Below, piece after piece: positions 49,894 to 61,790 of a stretch of 64,000 bases of DNA (the first letter of the stretch is position 1; each line of letters starts with the position of its first letter). Source of the DNA: Blepharisma stoltei ATCC 30299 (Eukaryota > Protista > Ciliophora); the NCBI GenBank assembly GCA_965603825.1, contig CBFDEM010000021.1, forward strand, positions 310,001-374,000, read 5' to 3'. Under the pieces are notes generated by a model. The model was not told where the DNA came from. It made no database searches and saw only the letters and a program-made list of their open reading frames with translations. The position numbers and the translations under genes were made by a program.

Positions 49894-52800
49894 ATGGATC
49901 CTCCAATTGATAAGGAAATTTTGGCATCAGTTGATAATCATGATCCGTATCGCATGTTGCAAGAATCTCTTAAATATCTTGAGATGGTGTATAATAGATC
50001 TAAGGAAGCACCAAAATCTTTATATTCTGAAAACCAAATCGAGACTAAAATAGAGAAATTGAAGCAGGAGCTGAGTCTGTTTTCATCTGAAGCTATTGGG
50101 AACAAAGAATGAGCAAATTTGATGCTAGAATTATCAAAATCCTATAGAAACATAAATGAAATCATGACCTCCAAAAGTATCCTCTTAGAAGGGATCGAAA
50201 AATGCCAAGATAGTGACATTTTGATTGAGCTCAAAAAACACTTGGAATCTCTGGACGAGAAAATGGACGGAAGCGAAGAATACAAGGAATTCCAACAGAT
50301 TTTTAAAGAACAAGTTTTAAGTGAAGGGAGCTTATGGCACTTGGTTTCTAAACTATGGTTTGACGCATGGTCAAGTTACAGCCGTGGTGACTCTGTTGAG
50401 CATCCAGGAATGATTTCTAATGGGAATTTAATAGAAAATATTGACGCAGACAAAATTATTCTTGACCCTTTACCATGCAAAAGCTACACTAATGTATTTT
50501 TGAAAAAAGGAATTTTAGAAGAAATTGACTATGTGATTTTAAGTAAGGAAGCTTATAGCTTCCTAGTTAAGAAATACGGGCATGATAATACAGAGATTAA
50601 GCGCTGGTGCATTTCCATATCTCAAGACGCAAGCATTTTGCAAGTGGAGGTGCATTTAAAACCAATACAGATTATTTGGGTTTCTGACAGTAAAAAAGCC
50701 AAAAAAGTTATCCAAATAAGTCGAAAAGAAACTATAAAAAATCTGATAGAAAAATTAGAAAGAATCCATCGGTGCCCTCAGAATACAGCATCCAAGCTAT
50801 GGAAAATCGATCCAAACTCCAAAATTGATAAGCTGTTCCAAAATGGTCAAAGTGTTGTATTAAAAGGAGCTATGCTACTCAATGAACGCGAAGACCTTGA
50901 AAACTGCGAAATTGCTGACGAAGACCTGGTGCTTTTTGAGTCCAAATCTAAAAACGGGTTGTGGAAAATTAATTTATCACACGAAGACTTATGCCCTTCT
51001 TGCCAAAATCCAGGAAATTTGCTATGTACAGCCTGTCGCAAAGTGAAATACTGCAGCACAGCATGCCAAAGATCCCATTACAAGGAACATAAAGAATTCT
51101 GCAGACACATAAAAATTTCTGAAACTCAATCATCAACTTCTAATGGGCTCACAGGTCTCCAAAACCTAGGAAACACTTGCTTCATGAACTCTGCGTTACA
51201 ATGCATTGCTCATACACTGCCACTGACCAATTTCTTCATAACAAACGAGTTCCAGCGTGATATAAACACAAATAACCCTCTTGGTACAAAAGGAGCTGTT
51301 TTAGCCTATTCATATGCAGACTTAATAAAAGAAATGTGGACGAATTCCTCATCAATTTCTCCTTGGAGCTTTAAAAAGACAATAGCGAAGTTTGCTCCAC
51401 AGTTCACAGGGTATCAGCAGCATGATTCACATGAGCTTTTATCGTATCTTTTGACCGGACTTCATGAGGATTTGAATAGAGTGAAAAAGAAGCCATATAC
51501 AGAAAAACCAGAAACCGATAATAAATCAGATCAAGAAGCGGCTCATGAAGCCTGGGAGTGGTTTTTGATGAGAAATCAAAGTATTATTGTGGATCTGATG
51601 TATGGGCAATGCAAATCTACACTGACATGCCCCCATTGCAACAGAATTTCTATCACTTTTGACCCCTTTTTGAGTTTTTCTGTGTCTATACCTAATTTTG
51701 AAGCTAAAGAAGTGACTATTTATTATGCAGGAATGAATTCAGAACCTCCATTAGTGAAGCAAACCTTTATGATGAATATGAATGGAACTATAGGGAGGTT
51801 AAAAGAACTCATAAAGCTAAGTTTTAACGCTGCTGGGGTAATTATTTGCTGATATAATAAATTTACCTTAAAAGGGGTCGTGAACGATGATATTGAAATA
51901 GGAGACATTTCTAGTCAAAGAATACTTATTGCGTTCGAGACTCCTGAAAGCATGGAAAATAGAGAAGTTTTGCCTATTTATATAAGACAGAACCAAAAAT
52001 CAATGCTGTCAGGGCCGAACAGAATTCCAGCTTCCTTTGTGAGACTGGTTTTTCCACATCATAATGATTCTCTTGCAAATATCCATTTAAAAGTTGCATT
52101 AGCTATCAAACCATTACTCCAAGAAAAATATAATCGTAGGCTTGATAATATATCAGATATAAAAGATCTTTCCTACGAAGAGCTTTACCAGCTGAATATA
52201 GTAAACGCTTCAAAATCTGCAGATGGCTATTTCACCACTTCAAAGCTTCCTTGCGATTTTTGTGGAAACCCTAAATGTGAAAACTGCCCTTTGCCATTCA
52301 CAGAAGAGGAATCATTTATAGATATTCTTGAAAAAATGAAAAATTACGATGGAACACTTTCTTTAGAAGTATTATTTTCTCACAAAATAAAAGATTTCCA
52401 GTCTATCAACTCTTTTGAAGACAAAGAAAATTTCCAAGACCCACAATTGGAACGAAAAAGAAAATTGACTCTTTATGATTGCTTAGATTATTCTTGCCGA
52501 CCAGAAAAGCTGGATGCACAAAACGAATGATACTGCAATAAATGCCAAAAGCAAGGCCAAGCAGTAAAACTGTACCAGATCTACAAGCTTCCACAAATTT
52601 TGATTTTACACCTTATACGATTTAGGTCAAGGTCTTATTGGACACAGAAATTGTCAGCGCCAGTAGAGTTTCCATTAGAAGGGCTTGATTTGAGTAATTA
52701 TGTGTTAGGGGATAAATCTGGGGCTGTTTATGATTTATATGCAGTTTCTAATCACTATGGAGGGCTAGGAGGAGGACACTATACAGCATATGTGAAAGAT

Positions 52801-52908
52801 GTGAAAACTGGGGACTGGATGGATATGGACGATTCAATGGTATCAAAAGCTAATAGCGAAAGTGTAGTTTCGCCTGCAGCTTACATATTATTTTATAAAC
52901 GTAGGTAA
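49894..52908 (+). CDS. Ubiquitin-specific protease (DUSP + UBL-like + MYND finger + UCH), ~1004 aa
   Basis: DUSP WHLVSKLWF...PGMISN, MYND CTACRKVKYCSTACQ...H, GLQNLGNTCFMNS, QQHDSHE, NE-W(TGA)-YCNKC, HYGGLGGGHY and AYILFY. Confidence 0.92.
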
Positions 52909-52914
52909 AATTTA

Positions 52915-54027
52915 TTATTTTAATAAAGCCTTTTGCAGAGAAACCTGAAGCAGCTGGATTTCTTTGTCCAGGGATGTGATTTCTTCCTGAAGATTCTTTT
53001 CTTCTTTATTCTGGTGGCTTTGAATGATTTTTTCAATTTCATTTTCATCAAAAATCAAAGAAGGAGAGACTGATCTTCGGTTATACTCGCTTTTAATAGG
53101 AGATCCTAAAGATTTTATGACATCTTTTAGGTGCTCTACAAGTGTGTATTGCTCATTCAAAGAAATTTGTAGCGATTTTATATGCTGATTTAAAATCTCA
53201 TTTTCTCTCGTTAAAGAGGCTATTTTTGTTTCCTGCTCCTCAATAACTTTTTTCAGCCCTCCTCCACTTTCTAAGTCTTTTAGCCTATCCCTCAGCAGCT
53301 GAGTTTGTTCTTTCATTTTTTCTAAAGCATCTTTATATAGGTTTATTGCTTCTTCTTTTTCTTGTTGCAATCTATGATTTTCAATTTCTAAGTCTTGTGA
53401 TACATCTAAAACTTCAAAAGAATTTCCTGATATAGAATTCAGTACATTTTCTATGCATTGGCTCATCTGTTTTATACCTTTAATCAAAATTGTTTTAGCA
53501 GGAGGGGCAATTTGTTGTTCCAATAGCAATTTTGTATGTTTTGCAAGAATTTTGTTCGTTTTTAACAAATATTTTTTAGTAGTTGCAGACTGTCGAGAAA
53601 TAGTTCCCTCAATCTCTTCTAACGACAGTTTTAATTTATTAAGCGCAAGCTGATGTTCAGCTATAACATTTCCATCTTTTTCACTTTTAGATAGTTCTCT
53701 AATCAAATTTTGGCTATCTTGATGCTGTTTGCTAATAAAGTTGATATCTTCTTTTAATTTTTCATTTGCACTTTCTAATTTAGCAACCTCAACTCTCAGC
53801 TTATTTATTTCTCCTTCAGCAAAAATCGCTCTGCTTTTCATTTCTTTATAATTCGTTTGGAAATTTTTTAAAACATCTCATTGGTCTTTGGATATCAAAA
53901 CTTGTCGATCTTTTGAAGCTCTTTCATTAAGCATGTTTACAAGTAGACTGTCTTCACGATCTGCACTTCTGGAAGGACTTCTTTTTTCTCTGCTTTTTGA
54001 TCGCTTTTTGGTTCTTCCTTGTCGCAT
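52915..54027 (-). CDS. Coiled-coil protein (~370 aa)
   Basis: 308-aa ORF extends upstream through one TGA to ATG 54027. Heptad-rich. Confidence 0.7.
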
Positions 54028-54067
54028 TTTTACGTTAGAATAAAATTAGAAATTATCTTCTTTAAGG

Positions 54068-54937
54068 TTATTGGGAATAATCTAATCTAAGTCCAAACTT
54101 GAAGTCATGTAAGTCACAAGCAGTAATTGCTTTAGAATCTAAGGCAGTTGAAAGAGTAAGCTTTAAGTTGTCACTCAGTTGTCTGGCTAAACCAAGCGCA
54201 ATGCCTCCACAAGTTCCTGCTTTTGCTTTAACTACTGTTTTTTCATCATATTTATAGTCTCCTCCAATTTCGAAGTCAGTTGATTTTCCTTTAATATCAT
54301 TAATAACTCTGGTGCCAACATGAACCTTTGGAGATAACTTGTGATAATAAGACAATTCTAAGTTACCCCAAGTTATTTCGTCTGTATTAGTGCCGATATG
54401 TTTTACGACAAGTCTTGAATGTTTTCTGAACCACCATGCAGCAAGATTATAAGCACACAACTTTTGAGACTCTGTGCAGAATTTGCCATCAAGTCCAAGC
54501 CCATATGCAGCCTGACCTGTTGTCAAGCTTCCTTTAACAACCAATGGTGACCCTAAAAAGACTAATTTTCCAATAGCTCTTGGATGGGTGTATTCAAGAC
54601 TAAAGCTTGGCTCTGTTTTTCCCTTTAAAGTTTTGCATTCTGACTTTAGTTTAAGATTAGGCACTAAGTCTTTAGGAGTCCAGTCAAAAATGAAATGGGA
54701 AAGACCGTCTGTGCGCTTTTTAGCTTTCCAAGCAGCCAAACCTTGCTTATATTGAATCCATGAAGAAAGAATTGGCTCATTTACGCCATTTTTCCCATAT
54801 GAAGTTCGGGTGTGCCAGGTGAAGTCAGTTTGGGTGATGTTGAAGTTGAAGAGAGCGAGACTGCCGTGGCAGTAACCTTTCTTTAAGAGGTCTTCTTGCT
54901 TTTTAGAGAGACCAGCGTAATTTTCAAGCTTCACCAT
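54068..54937 (-). CDS. VDAC: Mitochondrial porin (VDAC)
   Basis: N-terminal YAGLSK..EDLLKKGY helix, amphipathic beta-strands and C-terminal beta-signal FKFGLRLDY. Confidence 0.85.
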   Translation of the reverse strand: MVKLENYAGLSKKQEDLLKKGYCHGSLALFNFNITQTDFTWHTRTSYGKNGVNEPILSSWIQYKQGLAAWKAKKRTDGLSHFIFDWTPKDLVPNLKLKSECKTLKGKTEPSFSLEYTHPRAIGKLVFLGSPLVVKGSLTTGQAAYGLGLDGKFCTESQKLCAYNLAAWWFRKHSRLVVKHIGTNTDEITWGNLELSYYHKLSPKVHVGTRVINDIKGKSTDFEIGGDYKYDEKTVVKAKAGTCGGIALGLARQLSDNLKLTLSTALDSKAITACDLHDFKFGLRLDYSQ

Positions 54938-55079
54938 TACTTTTTATCAAGTCCATATTAAAATCATATCTACTTACTTTAAATCAAATCAAAACTTTTT
55001 TCATGTTTTTTATATTCTCTTCTGATTTATTGAATATAGATTATAATTGCTTATTATTCGGTTTACTTATTATATGATT

Positions 55080-55934
55080 TTATGACATAGACTCTCCATC
55101 CTCTTCAAGCATCGATCCGCTCATTGAAAATGGCCTGTAAGTCTGATTAAGTTTCTGCTGGCACTTTGGGCACAAAAGCATCTTAATTTGGTCAAGAGGC
55201 AAACTTCCTTTCAATTTATTAGTCAAATGATCAATCTGCGTAATTAATTCTTCTTTTCTTTCTCTCAGAATTTCCCCTTCAGATTTCAAATTCGCTAGCC
55301 TTGCTTCATATTCTGCACATTTATCATTAATTTCTCTTTCACACGAATGCGATTGTTCCAAAGCTCTTCTTAATTCTTCTACTTCAGTTCTAGCTTTTGC
55401 ACCTCTTTCTTCTTCCTGATTTAATTTATTTTGCAAATCCTGCTCTTTTTGTTTCTGTGATTTGTCTGCATTGGTTAGCTCAGCTTCCAAGCTGTTTACC
55501 CTTGAAAACTTCTCTTTATGCTCTTTGGATAATCTTTCATTTAGTTCTCTCACAGATTGCAGCTCGTTTTGCAGTCTTATCATTTCATTTTCAATTTCAT
55601 CTTTAATTTCACCAGAAATAATTTCTCTATCACAATTATCACAAATTCTTGCTTTTTTCGACTCATCTCGGACTCTGCGCTTGGTGCTGTGATCTTCACA
55701 TACAGAATTTCCACAATAGCGGCAGTGGTGCCGCCTGTTTGTCAAAGAAAATTTTTTCTCGCAAATGTGGCATTTGTTGTCATTTTTAAAATCGGGGCTA
55801 CCGTTGGGTTTTAATGATAAAGATTTTGATAGAAAACTTGAAGTAGAAGTCTGGGACGTTGAAAAACTTGTAAGGCTGCTAAAATTGTCCATTGAATTTA
55901 GCTTGCGGAGATACGCTTTGTCTGATTCATCCAT
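55080..55934 (-). CDS. FYVE zinc finger + coiled-coil protein
   Basis: CHICEKKF...RRHHCRYCGNSVC...RICDNC. First ATG at 55934. Confidence 0.85.
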   Translation of the reverse strand: MDESDKAYLRKLNSMDNFSSLTSFSTSQTSTSSFLSKSLSLKPNGSPDFKNDNKCHICEKKFSLTNRRHHCRYCGNSVCEDHSTKRRVRDESKKARICDNCDREIISGEIKDEIENEMIRLQNELQSVRELNERLSKEHKEKFSRVNSLEAELTNADKSQKQKEQDLQNKLNQEEERGAKARTEVEELRRALEQSHSCEREINDKCAEYEARLANLKSEGEILRERKEELITQIDHLTNKLKGSLPLDQIKMLLCPKCQQKLNQTYRPFSMSGSMLEEDGESMS

Positions 55935-55978
55935 TATTAGGTTGGTAATAAAATTCACCTAAAAATTTATTTTTTAAA

Positions 55979-57889
55979 CTAATTTTTTATTTGGAAGGCT
56001 TTTATAACGTATTTTTTGAGCGAAACGCCAGTAGAGTAATCGTCAGGAATTAGAGTGTAATTTTGTGGACAAATATAAGGGGTCGTCAAAACTACTCGGT
56101 AATTGCAGTCAGAAATTTCATCAACTTCAGATAGTCCATATCTTGGCCCACAAACGTATTCTATCTTGGTCTTTCTATTGCAATCATCTGAATCTCCATC
56201 AGCTAAATGTTCTGTGTAAGTAATAAACGATTTTGGCTGAGGAATGGACTCTAAAAAGTTAAATACAGACTTTACATAAGGGACTGTATCTATAACTACC
56301 AAATCTGATATATTAGCTTGTCCTAAGATCACCATAGTAAAATGGGTTATCAATTTAGCATTTGGATGGGAATATCTAATTTTTAAGCCAGAGCCAAGCT
56401 TCGTGCCTGTTCCTAAATAAATAAAGTCATTATAGATGCCGATCCATATATGTGTGATGTTTTGGAGGTAGGAATAAATCTGCTCGTCGTAAACTGCTAA
56501 ATCTTCGTCTGCTAAGGAGTGGATGATGCTCATGTGACCGTCTTCTACTCCTATTATGATCTGAAAGAGCGGATCAGTCTTTGAATAAAGATTGAGGGTG
56601 ACGCTTGGAAAAGCAATTGGGAAGGTATGGCCGATGGCAAAAGAAATTAAACCTTGTCCTGTTGATATTAAATTGAAACAGGGTAATGCGAAATATTGGT
56701 ATTTTGTATCTGAATAAGCTCTGATTTGGCTTGGGCAATGAGGATTCCAGAATGAATTATTAAAGAAAACAGTTGAATTGCTAATTCTGGAGTCAAATAC
56801 ATAAAAATTATAAGTTTCATTTGCGGATATTTCAACAGGAGAAAAAGGTTTCTGCAGCACAAGAATATTATGTGAAAGAATATTAGATACTTTTGAAATC
56901 TGATGCAAATCTACCATCTTAAAAAAATCTTCACGCAAAATAAATAAAATGTCATCATTGTAGATAGATTTGGGAATAACTGCAATGTAATCATTTTCTT
57001 GGATTTTCCAAAATTCTGTTTCCTCTCCATGCAGAAAATAGCTGCTTGGAATCAATTTTCCACTTATTTTTTCAAAAAGTAATGTAGTATCAGAAGCATA
57101 AGGCTGAGAAATTCTTGTTTCTTCAATTTCAGTTCCAATCAATGGAAAATCAATTTCAATAAAGGTGTCATCCCAAATTTTTTTAATTTTTCTCAACTCA
57201 GACCCATGATTTGTTGCGAAAACAGTAGTTTTTCCTTCTTTAAAATAATTAATAAATCCACAATTTGGACAAAAAATATATTTCCCAATTATTGTCGTAA
57301 ATTTAACCAAATCAGCATTTTTAGCCCCTGGAACTATTTTATATTTCACACTAGAAAGATTTTCATTAGCAGGCTTACTGTCTAGTAAAAACAAATTATT
57401 ACTTGCTTTTAGCACTATTTTGTATTTTTTACTTTGGATAAAAATATTCCAATTTTTCAAAAATCCATTCCCAACCTCTGCATAAGGGAAGATTAGTCTG
57501 ACTAAACGTCCATCAACATATAACTCTGGACGAATTTTATTAAAAAGTCCAGGAAATGGATAATCTGCACATGCTGAAGAATTTCATGATCCTAAAATAA
57601 TTTCTTTTGGAGTTGGGTCTTGCTGCTTCTGAAAAAGTCCGTTTCTATCAATATGAAACTGTTTGACTTGGTAGCCAAGCTCCACGGCATAGCTCCATCA
57701 TTCATTTGTATCTAAAATCAAAGGTTCCCCACATAGAGTGCTTGCAATTTTTATTCCAGTTTCTTTAGAAATCGTACTTTTGGGTGAGTTTAGAGCGACT
57801 TGCTCCCAAAAGGAAGTTTTGCTTGTCTCTTCTGAAAGAAAAAGTTGAAAAGATGCATATAAAATAATCAGCTGAATCATTTTTTCCAT
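55979..57889 (-). CDS. Secretory protein with OS-9/XTP3-B-like MRH domain halves flanking a large insert (636 aa)
   Basis: Signal peptide, W(TGA)WSY...VKQFH...IILG near the N-terminus, and DG...CNRKTKIEYVC...EISDCNY..LTTPYIC at the C-terminus. Confidence 0.7.
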
Positions 57890-58133
57890 TTATAAATTCT
57901 TATGTGGAGAATCTGCAAAACTTTATACAATTTCAAGCATTTGAGGAGTTTTGACATAAAATTTAATTGTTATTAGCAATGAAATTATAAGTGCTTTATA
58001 TATTATGGGTTTACATTGATATTATAAAAAATAAATATCATTTAAAATTGTACGAGGCTAAATAAATTAATTTCTTAATTTAATACTTGCATCTTCCTAT
58101 CGCATCTAACTACCCATTTATACAACCTCTTAA

Positions 58134-58754
58134 TTAGCAGCAATCTTTCTTTTTCTGCACCTCTTCTTCTTTCTTAATGATTATTTTCTTTCCTTTTCTG
58201 CTCTTATATCCTCTCTCCCCAGTCCCTGGATTTTTTTTCATTTGCACTTCATAAACCAACCTTCCAAGCTCACTAAAAATTTCTTCAACTCCCATACCCG
58301 TTTTTGCGCTGGTATCAAAATGTAAAACCCCAACTTTTCTGGCATACTCCATTGCTTCAGCCTTAGAAATCTGCCTTTCTTTTTCCCTATCACATTTATT
58401 GCCAGCTATGACTATACAAATGTCTTTATCAGCTTGCATCGAGAGTTCTTTCACCCAGGAAACTACACGGTCAAAGGACGATTTGTCAGTAATGTCATAT
58501 ACAACGATAGCACCTTTAGCGCCTCTATAATAGTTTGGGGCTAAAGCGCGGAAACGTTCTTGGCCAGCTGTGTCCCATAGATGCAGTCTTATTTGGTTAC
58601 CTTGGAATGTGATGTCTTTTTGAAGAAAATTCGCGTTTACTGTAGATCTTTCATCTTCATGGAACTGTCCGCGTGCGGCTTTGAGTGTAAGCGAGGTTTT
58701 GCCGACTCGTCCTTCACCAAGAGTGACAATTTTAAATTCTTGTGAAGGTTCCAT
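58134..58754 (-). CDS. RAB21: Rab21-like GTPase
   Basis: [38 protein letters not shown] and C-terminal CC. Confidence 0.85.
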   Translation of the reverse strand: MEPSQEFKIVTLGEGRVGKTSLTLKAARGQFHEDERSTVNANFLQKDITFQGNQIRLHLWDTAGQERFRALAPNYYRGAKGAIVVYDITDKSSFDRVVSWVKELSMQADKDICIVIAGNKCDREKERQISKAEAMEYARKVGVLHFDTSAKTGMGVEEIFSELGRLVYEVQMKKNPGTGERGYKSRKGKKIIIKKEEEVQKKKDCC

Positions 58755-58770
58755 TTATTTGTATATTAAG

Positions 58771-59235
58771 TTAATAAGCTTGGGAAACTTCTTCAGGAGA
58801 AGCAGGTTTTTGAGGGTCTTCTTGGTCTTTAAGCTTAGATTTAAGCTAAATAAAAGATACCATAAAGAAAAATATGATGTAAAGGATTCCAAGAAAAATA
58901 TTTAAGACTGAGGCCAATAAAACCCACCATTCGCCCCATGTAATAATAATTGTCCCCATGCTGAATAGATTTTACAAAATATAGTAAAAACCTTTGCTTA
59001 TGTACTTTTTCATGAAGGAAAAATAAGTAGATATAAATTCTATTGTAAACTCAGAAAGGATTCCTAAAATCCCAAATAAAATCACATAAATTGATAGCAT
59101 GAATTCTACAAAATCGTCAATTAGTCAGAAAACAAAAAACAAAACACCTATGAGAATCATAGCAGAACTGCACGCAATGCTTGCAATCATCATTGCATAA
59201 GATAGCCGTTTATCGTCAAAAGTTTGCCCCACCAT
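58771..59235 (-). CDS. TVP15/COPI-associated small multi-pass membrane protein (144 aa), absent from ORF track
   Basis: Four hydrophobic segments. YVILFGILGILSE...FSFM..YISKGFYYIFMG signature. One TGA, two 15-nt introns. Confidence 0.78.
58846..58860 (-). other. 15-nt intron GTATCTTTTATTTAG
   Basis: Contains the in-frame TAG. Consensus match. Confidence 0.75.
58961..58975 (-). other. 15-nt intron GTAAAATCTATTCAG
   Basis: Contains the in-frame TAA. Removal restores YYIF/MGT. Confidence 0.85.
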
Positions 59236-59834
59236 AATAATTATATTATCCTATTCAAAATCATTTATTTTATAAAAAATAGATGCAATGCAGCGCCAAA
59301 TTTAAATAATCCAAGCGTCTTCCTCTAAATTTCTTAAATAAATGAATATATATTTTAAGATAACTTAATTGATTAATATCCATTTTTTACCCTTCTTCAC
59401 TTAAAAGACAAAATAAAGATCAATATTTTCTCAATGATCTTCTCATAAAAGTTCAATTCTTTAAATAAACTAATGCTGAGAATGCGCATGTTTTTGGAAA
59501 TAAATTACGGCATATAGACTTTGACATGCTTTGTGGATTCACGATTACTATCTCACTCTGTAATGTAGCATTTTATAATGTATTATTTAAGTCAAAATTA
59601 TCAAGATTAGGCAAATATTGTTGGACTCTTTTAAAAAACCTAAACAATTTGATAAATAAACTTTTGTCAACATTATATAAGCCTTTTATATGCTAAATTA
59701 AGGGTGGAATTTCATTAACCTTTAATAATTATTAAGATAGATGCTGAATTAAATAAAAATATTCATCATTAAAGTAATTTCTATAATTTAATTATCATGG
59801 TCCCTTAAAAATTTAAATTTATTATTAGAAAACT

Positions 59835-60464
59835 ATGGCACTTATCAGGTTTCATTATTTCGACGGTTTTTGGAACGGAGAAGTTTCTCGTATGATTCTT
59901 AAACACTTAGGCCTTCCTTTTGAAGATATTCGCCATTCTCATGAATCCTGGGGAAAATTAAAATCAAGTGGAGTTCCAGAATTCGGACAGCTTCCGATGC
60001 TGGAAATTGACAGCCACACTCTAGTGCAATCAAGAGCTATTGAAAAATATTTACTTAGGAGAGCTGGACTTCTTACTAATGATCTTTATAAAGCTTATCA
60101 ATCAGAATCAATTGTAGGCTTTATAGATGATCTCAAGTCAGAATTAGCAAAAGTTGTTTTTGATGAAAATAAAGAAAAAGTTGTCAGGTGAAATAATGAA
60201 AAGCTACCTGGAAAAATTCAAAAATTGGAGCGCAGGCTAAATCAAAATAATTCTCATATTGTTGGAGATGAAATAAGCCATGCAGATTTTGTAGTTTTTC
60301 AATGGACTTATGATTATTTTTTAAGAAAGAATAAAGTTGCTACAATGAGGCCAGTGCTTGAAGGAAGCTCTCCAAGACTTCTTAGATATTGTGAAAGTTT
60401 TAAGAGAAGTAGCCCAAATTTATCTGCTTATCTTGATTCAAGAGTAGATGATAAACCATTCTAA
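59835..60464 (+). CDS. Glutathione S-transferase (sigma-like)
   Basis: HYF, FEDIR, FGQLPMLEID, LVQSRAI and VGDEISHADF. Halves joined by TGA 60189. Confidence 0.9.
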
Positions 60465-60836
60465 ATACTTTAATCCATATTCTAATATTAATGATCTTAA
60501 AGCATGTGATAGAAGAAATAATAAACAGAAGCATTTGCTGAAAATGCACTTTTCAAAAGTAAAACAATTAATTTATTATTTAAAATATACTCAATTGGAG
60601 CGATTCTCAGTTTCTGAAGTAAAAAAAACTGTTTAAAATTTTTCCAAAAATTATAAGATTTAAGAAGAGATGCCTATGCACTAGTATTGATTAATATTTA
60701 TTATATTCATAATTCTTAATTTATTGTGCACATTCACCTTTACAAATTATTTTAAAATGAGTTCCTCATGTGTTTTAAATTCAATAAAATCCATTAATTA
60801 AACAAATTTTTATGTTGATAGTCGTTTTCCATAAAT

Positions 60837-61724
60837 ATGGGTTGCGCTGGTAGCAGATCTGAGCTCTCTCCAGAAGAAAGATGCATTGTGAATGCGGAAA
60901 ATATTCTTCAATACAACCAATGCAACAGTCATATGGTCGACTATTGTCACAGGAAATATTCATCAAACAATGAGATTAATCCAGAACAATGGAGAGACAT
61001 CGTTTTGACCCTAAATCTTAAAGCAGATAACACCGCTCAGAACAAAAAGATAGTAGACTTCTTCAACCTTTTCAAGGGTCCAGAAGGCAAGTTTCACCTT
61101 CGTCATTTATTAGTGCTCGGTATTATGCTTAGCAATTCTGAATCAAAAGAAAAAGCCCGACTTTTGTTTGAAACCCGTGACAACAATGACTCGAAAGCGA
61201 TCTCAAAAACTGAACTGTTTGGCTTAGTTGAAGATATGATTGAAATTTCAGTTAGCAGACTTCCTCGCTTATTCGTCCAAACACCGAATTTCCAAATGAC
61301 AGAAGAAGATATGAGGAAATACGTTTTAAGTTTAACTCAGCTCAAAGACAAAGCAAAATCACCAATGGCAAACAGATTCATTGGACTAACAAAAGCTTCT
61401 GAAGAAACCGTATCATTAGCTAACTTTTTAAAGACAGTCGAAGATGTGGAAACTGCAAAACTTTTAACTCCAACTGGAATTAGAACTTTTGTTTCTAAAC
61501 AAAAGCCATCAGCAGCTACCAGCTCCAAATTCGCTGGACTTTTAGGTCAAAAGAAAGCTGAGCCGGCAAAAGAAGAAAGCAAATCGCCTAGCAAAGACAG
61601 TGGAGAAGCTCAAGCTAAGAAAGCTGAAGAACACCATCATCATGAAAAGAAACATAAGAAGTCTTCATCTTCTAGTTCTTCTGACGAAGAAAAGAAAAAA
61701 AAGAAGCAGGAGACCCAAGCATAA
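60837..61724 (+). CDS. Putatively acylated EF-hand-like protein with K/S/H-rich tail
   Basis: MGCAGS start, EKARLLFETRDNNDSKAISKTEL degenerate EF-hand and a low-complexity tail. Confidence 0.7.
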   Translation: MGCAGSRSELSPEERCIVNAENILQYNQCNSHMVDYCHRKYSSNNEINPEQWRDIVLTLNLKADNTAQNKKIVDFFNLFKGPEGKFHLRHLLVLGIMLSNSESKEKARLLFETRDNNDSKAISKTELFGLVEDMIEISVSRLPRLFVQTPNFQMTEEDMRKYVLSLTQLKDKAKSPMANRFIGLTKASEETVSLANFLKTVEDVETAKLLTPTGIRTFVSKQKPSAATSSKFAGLLGQKKAEPAKEESKSPSKDSGEAQAKKAEEHHHHEKKHKKSSSSSSSDEEKKKKKQETQA

Positions 61725-61790
61725 ATTTAAGTTAACTTCTAGAAAAAAACTCGATAAGATTTCTCACCGTATTAATTATAATCTAGCAAA

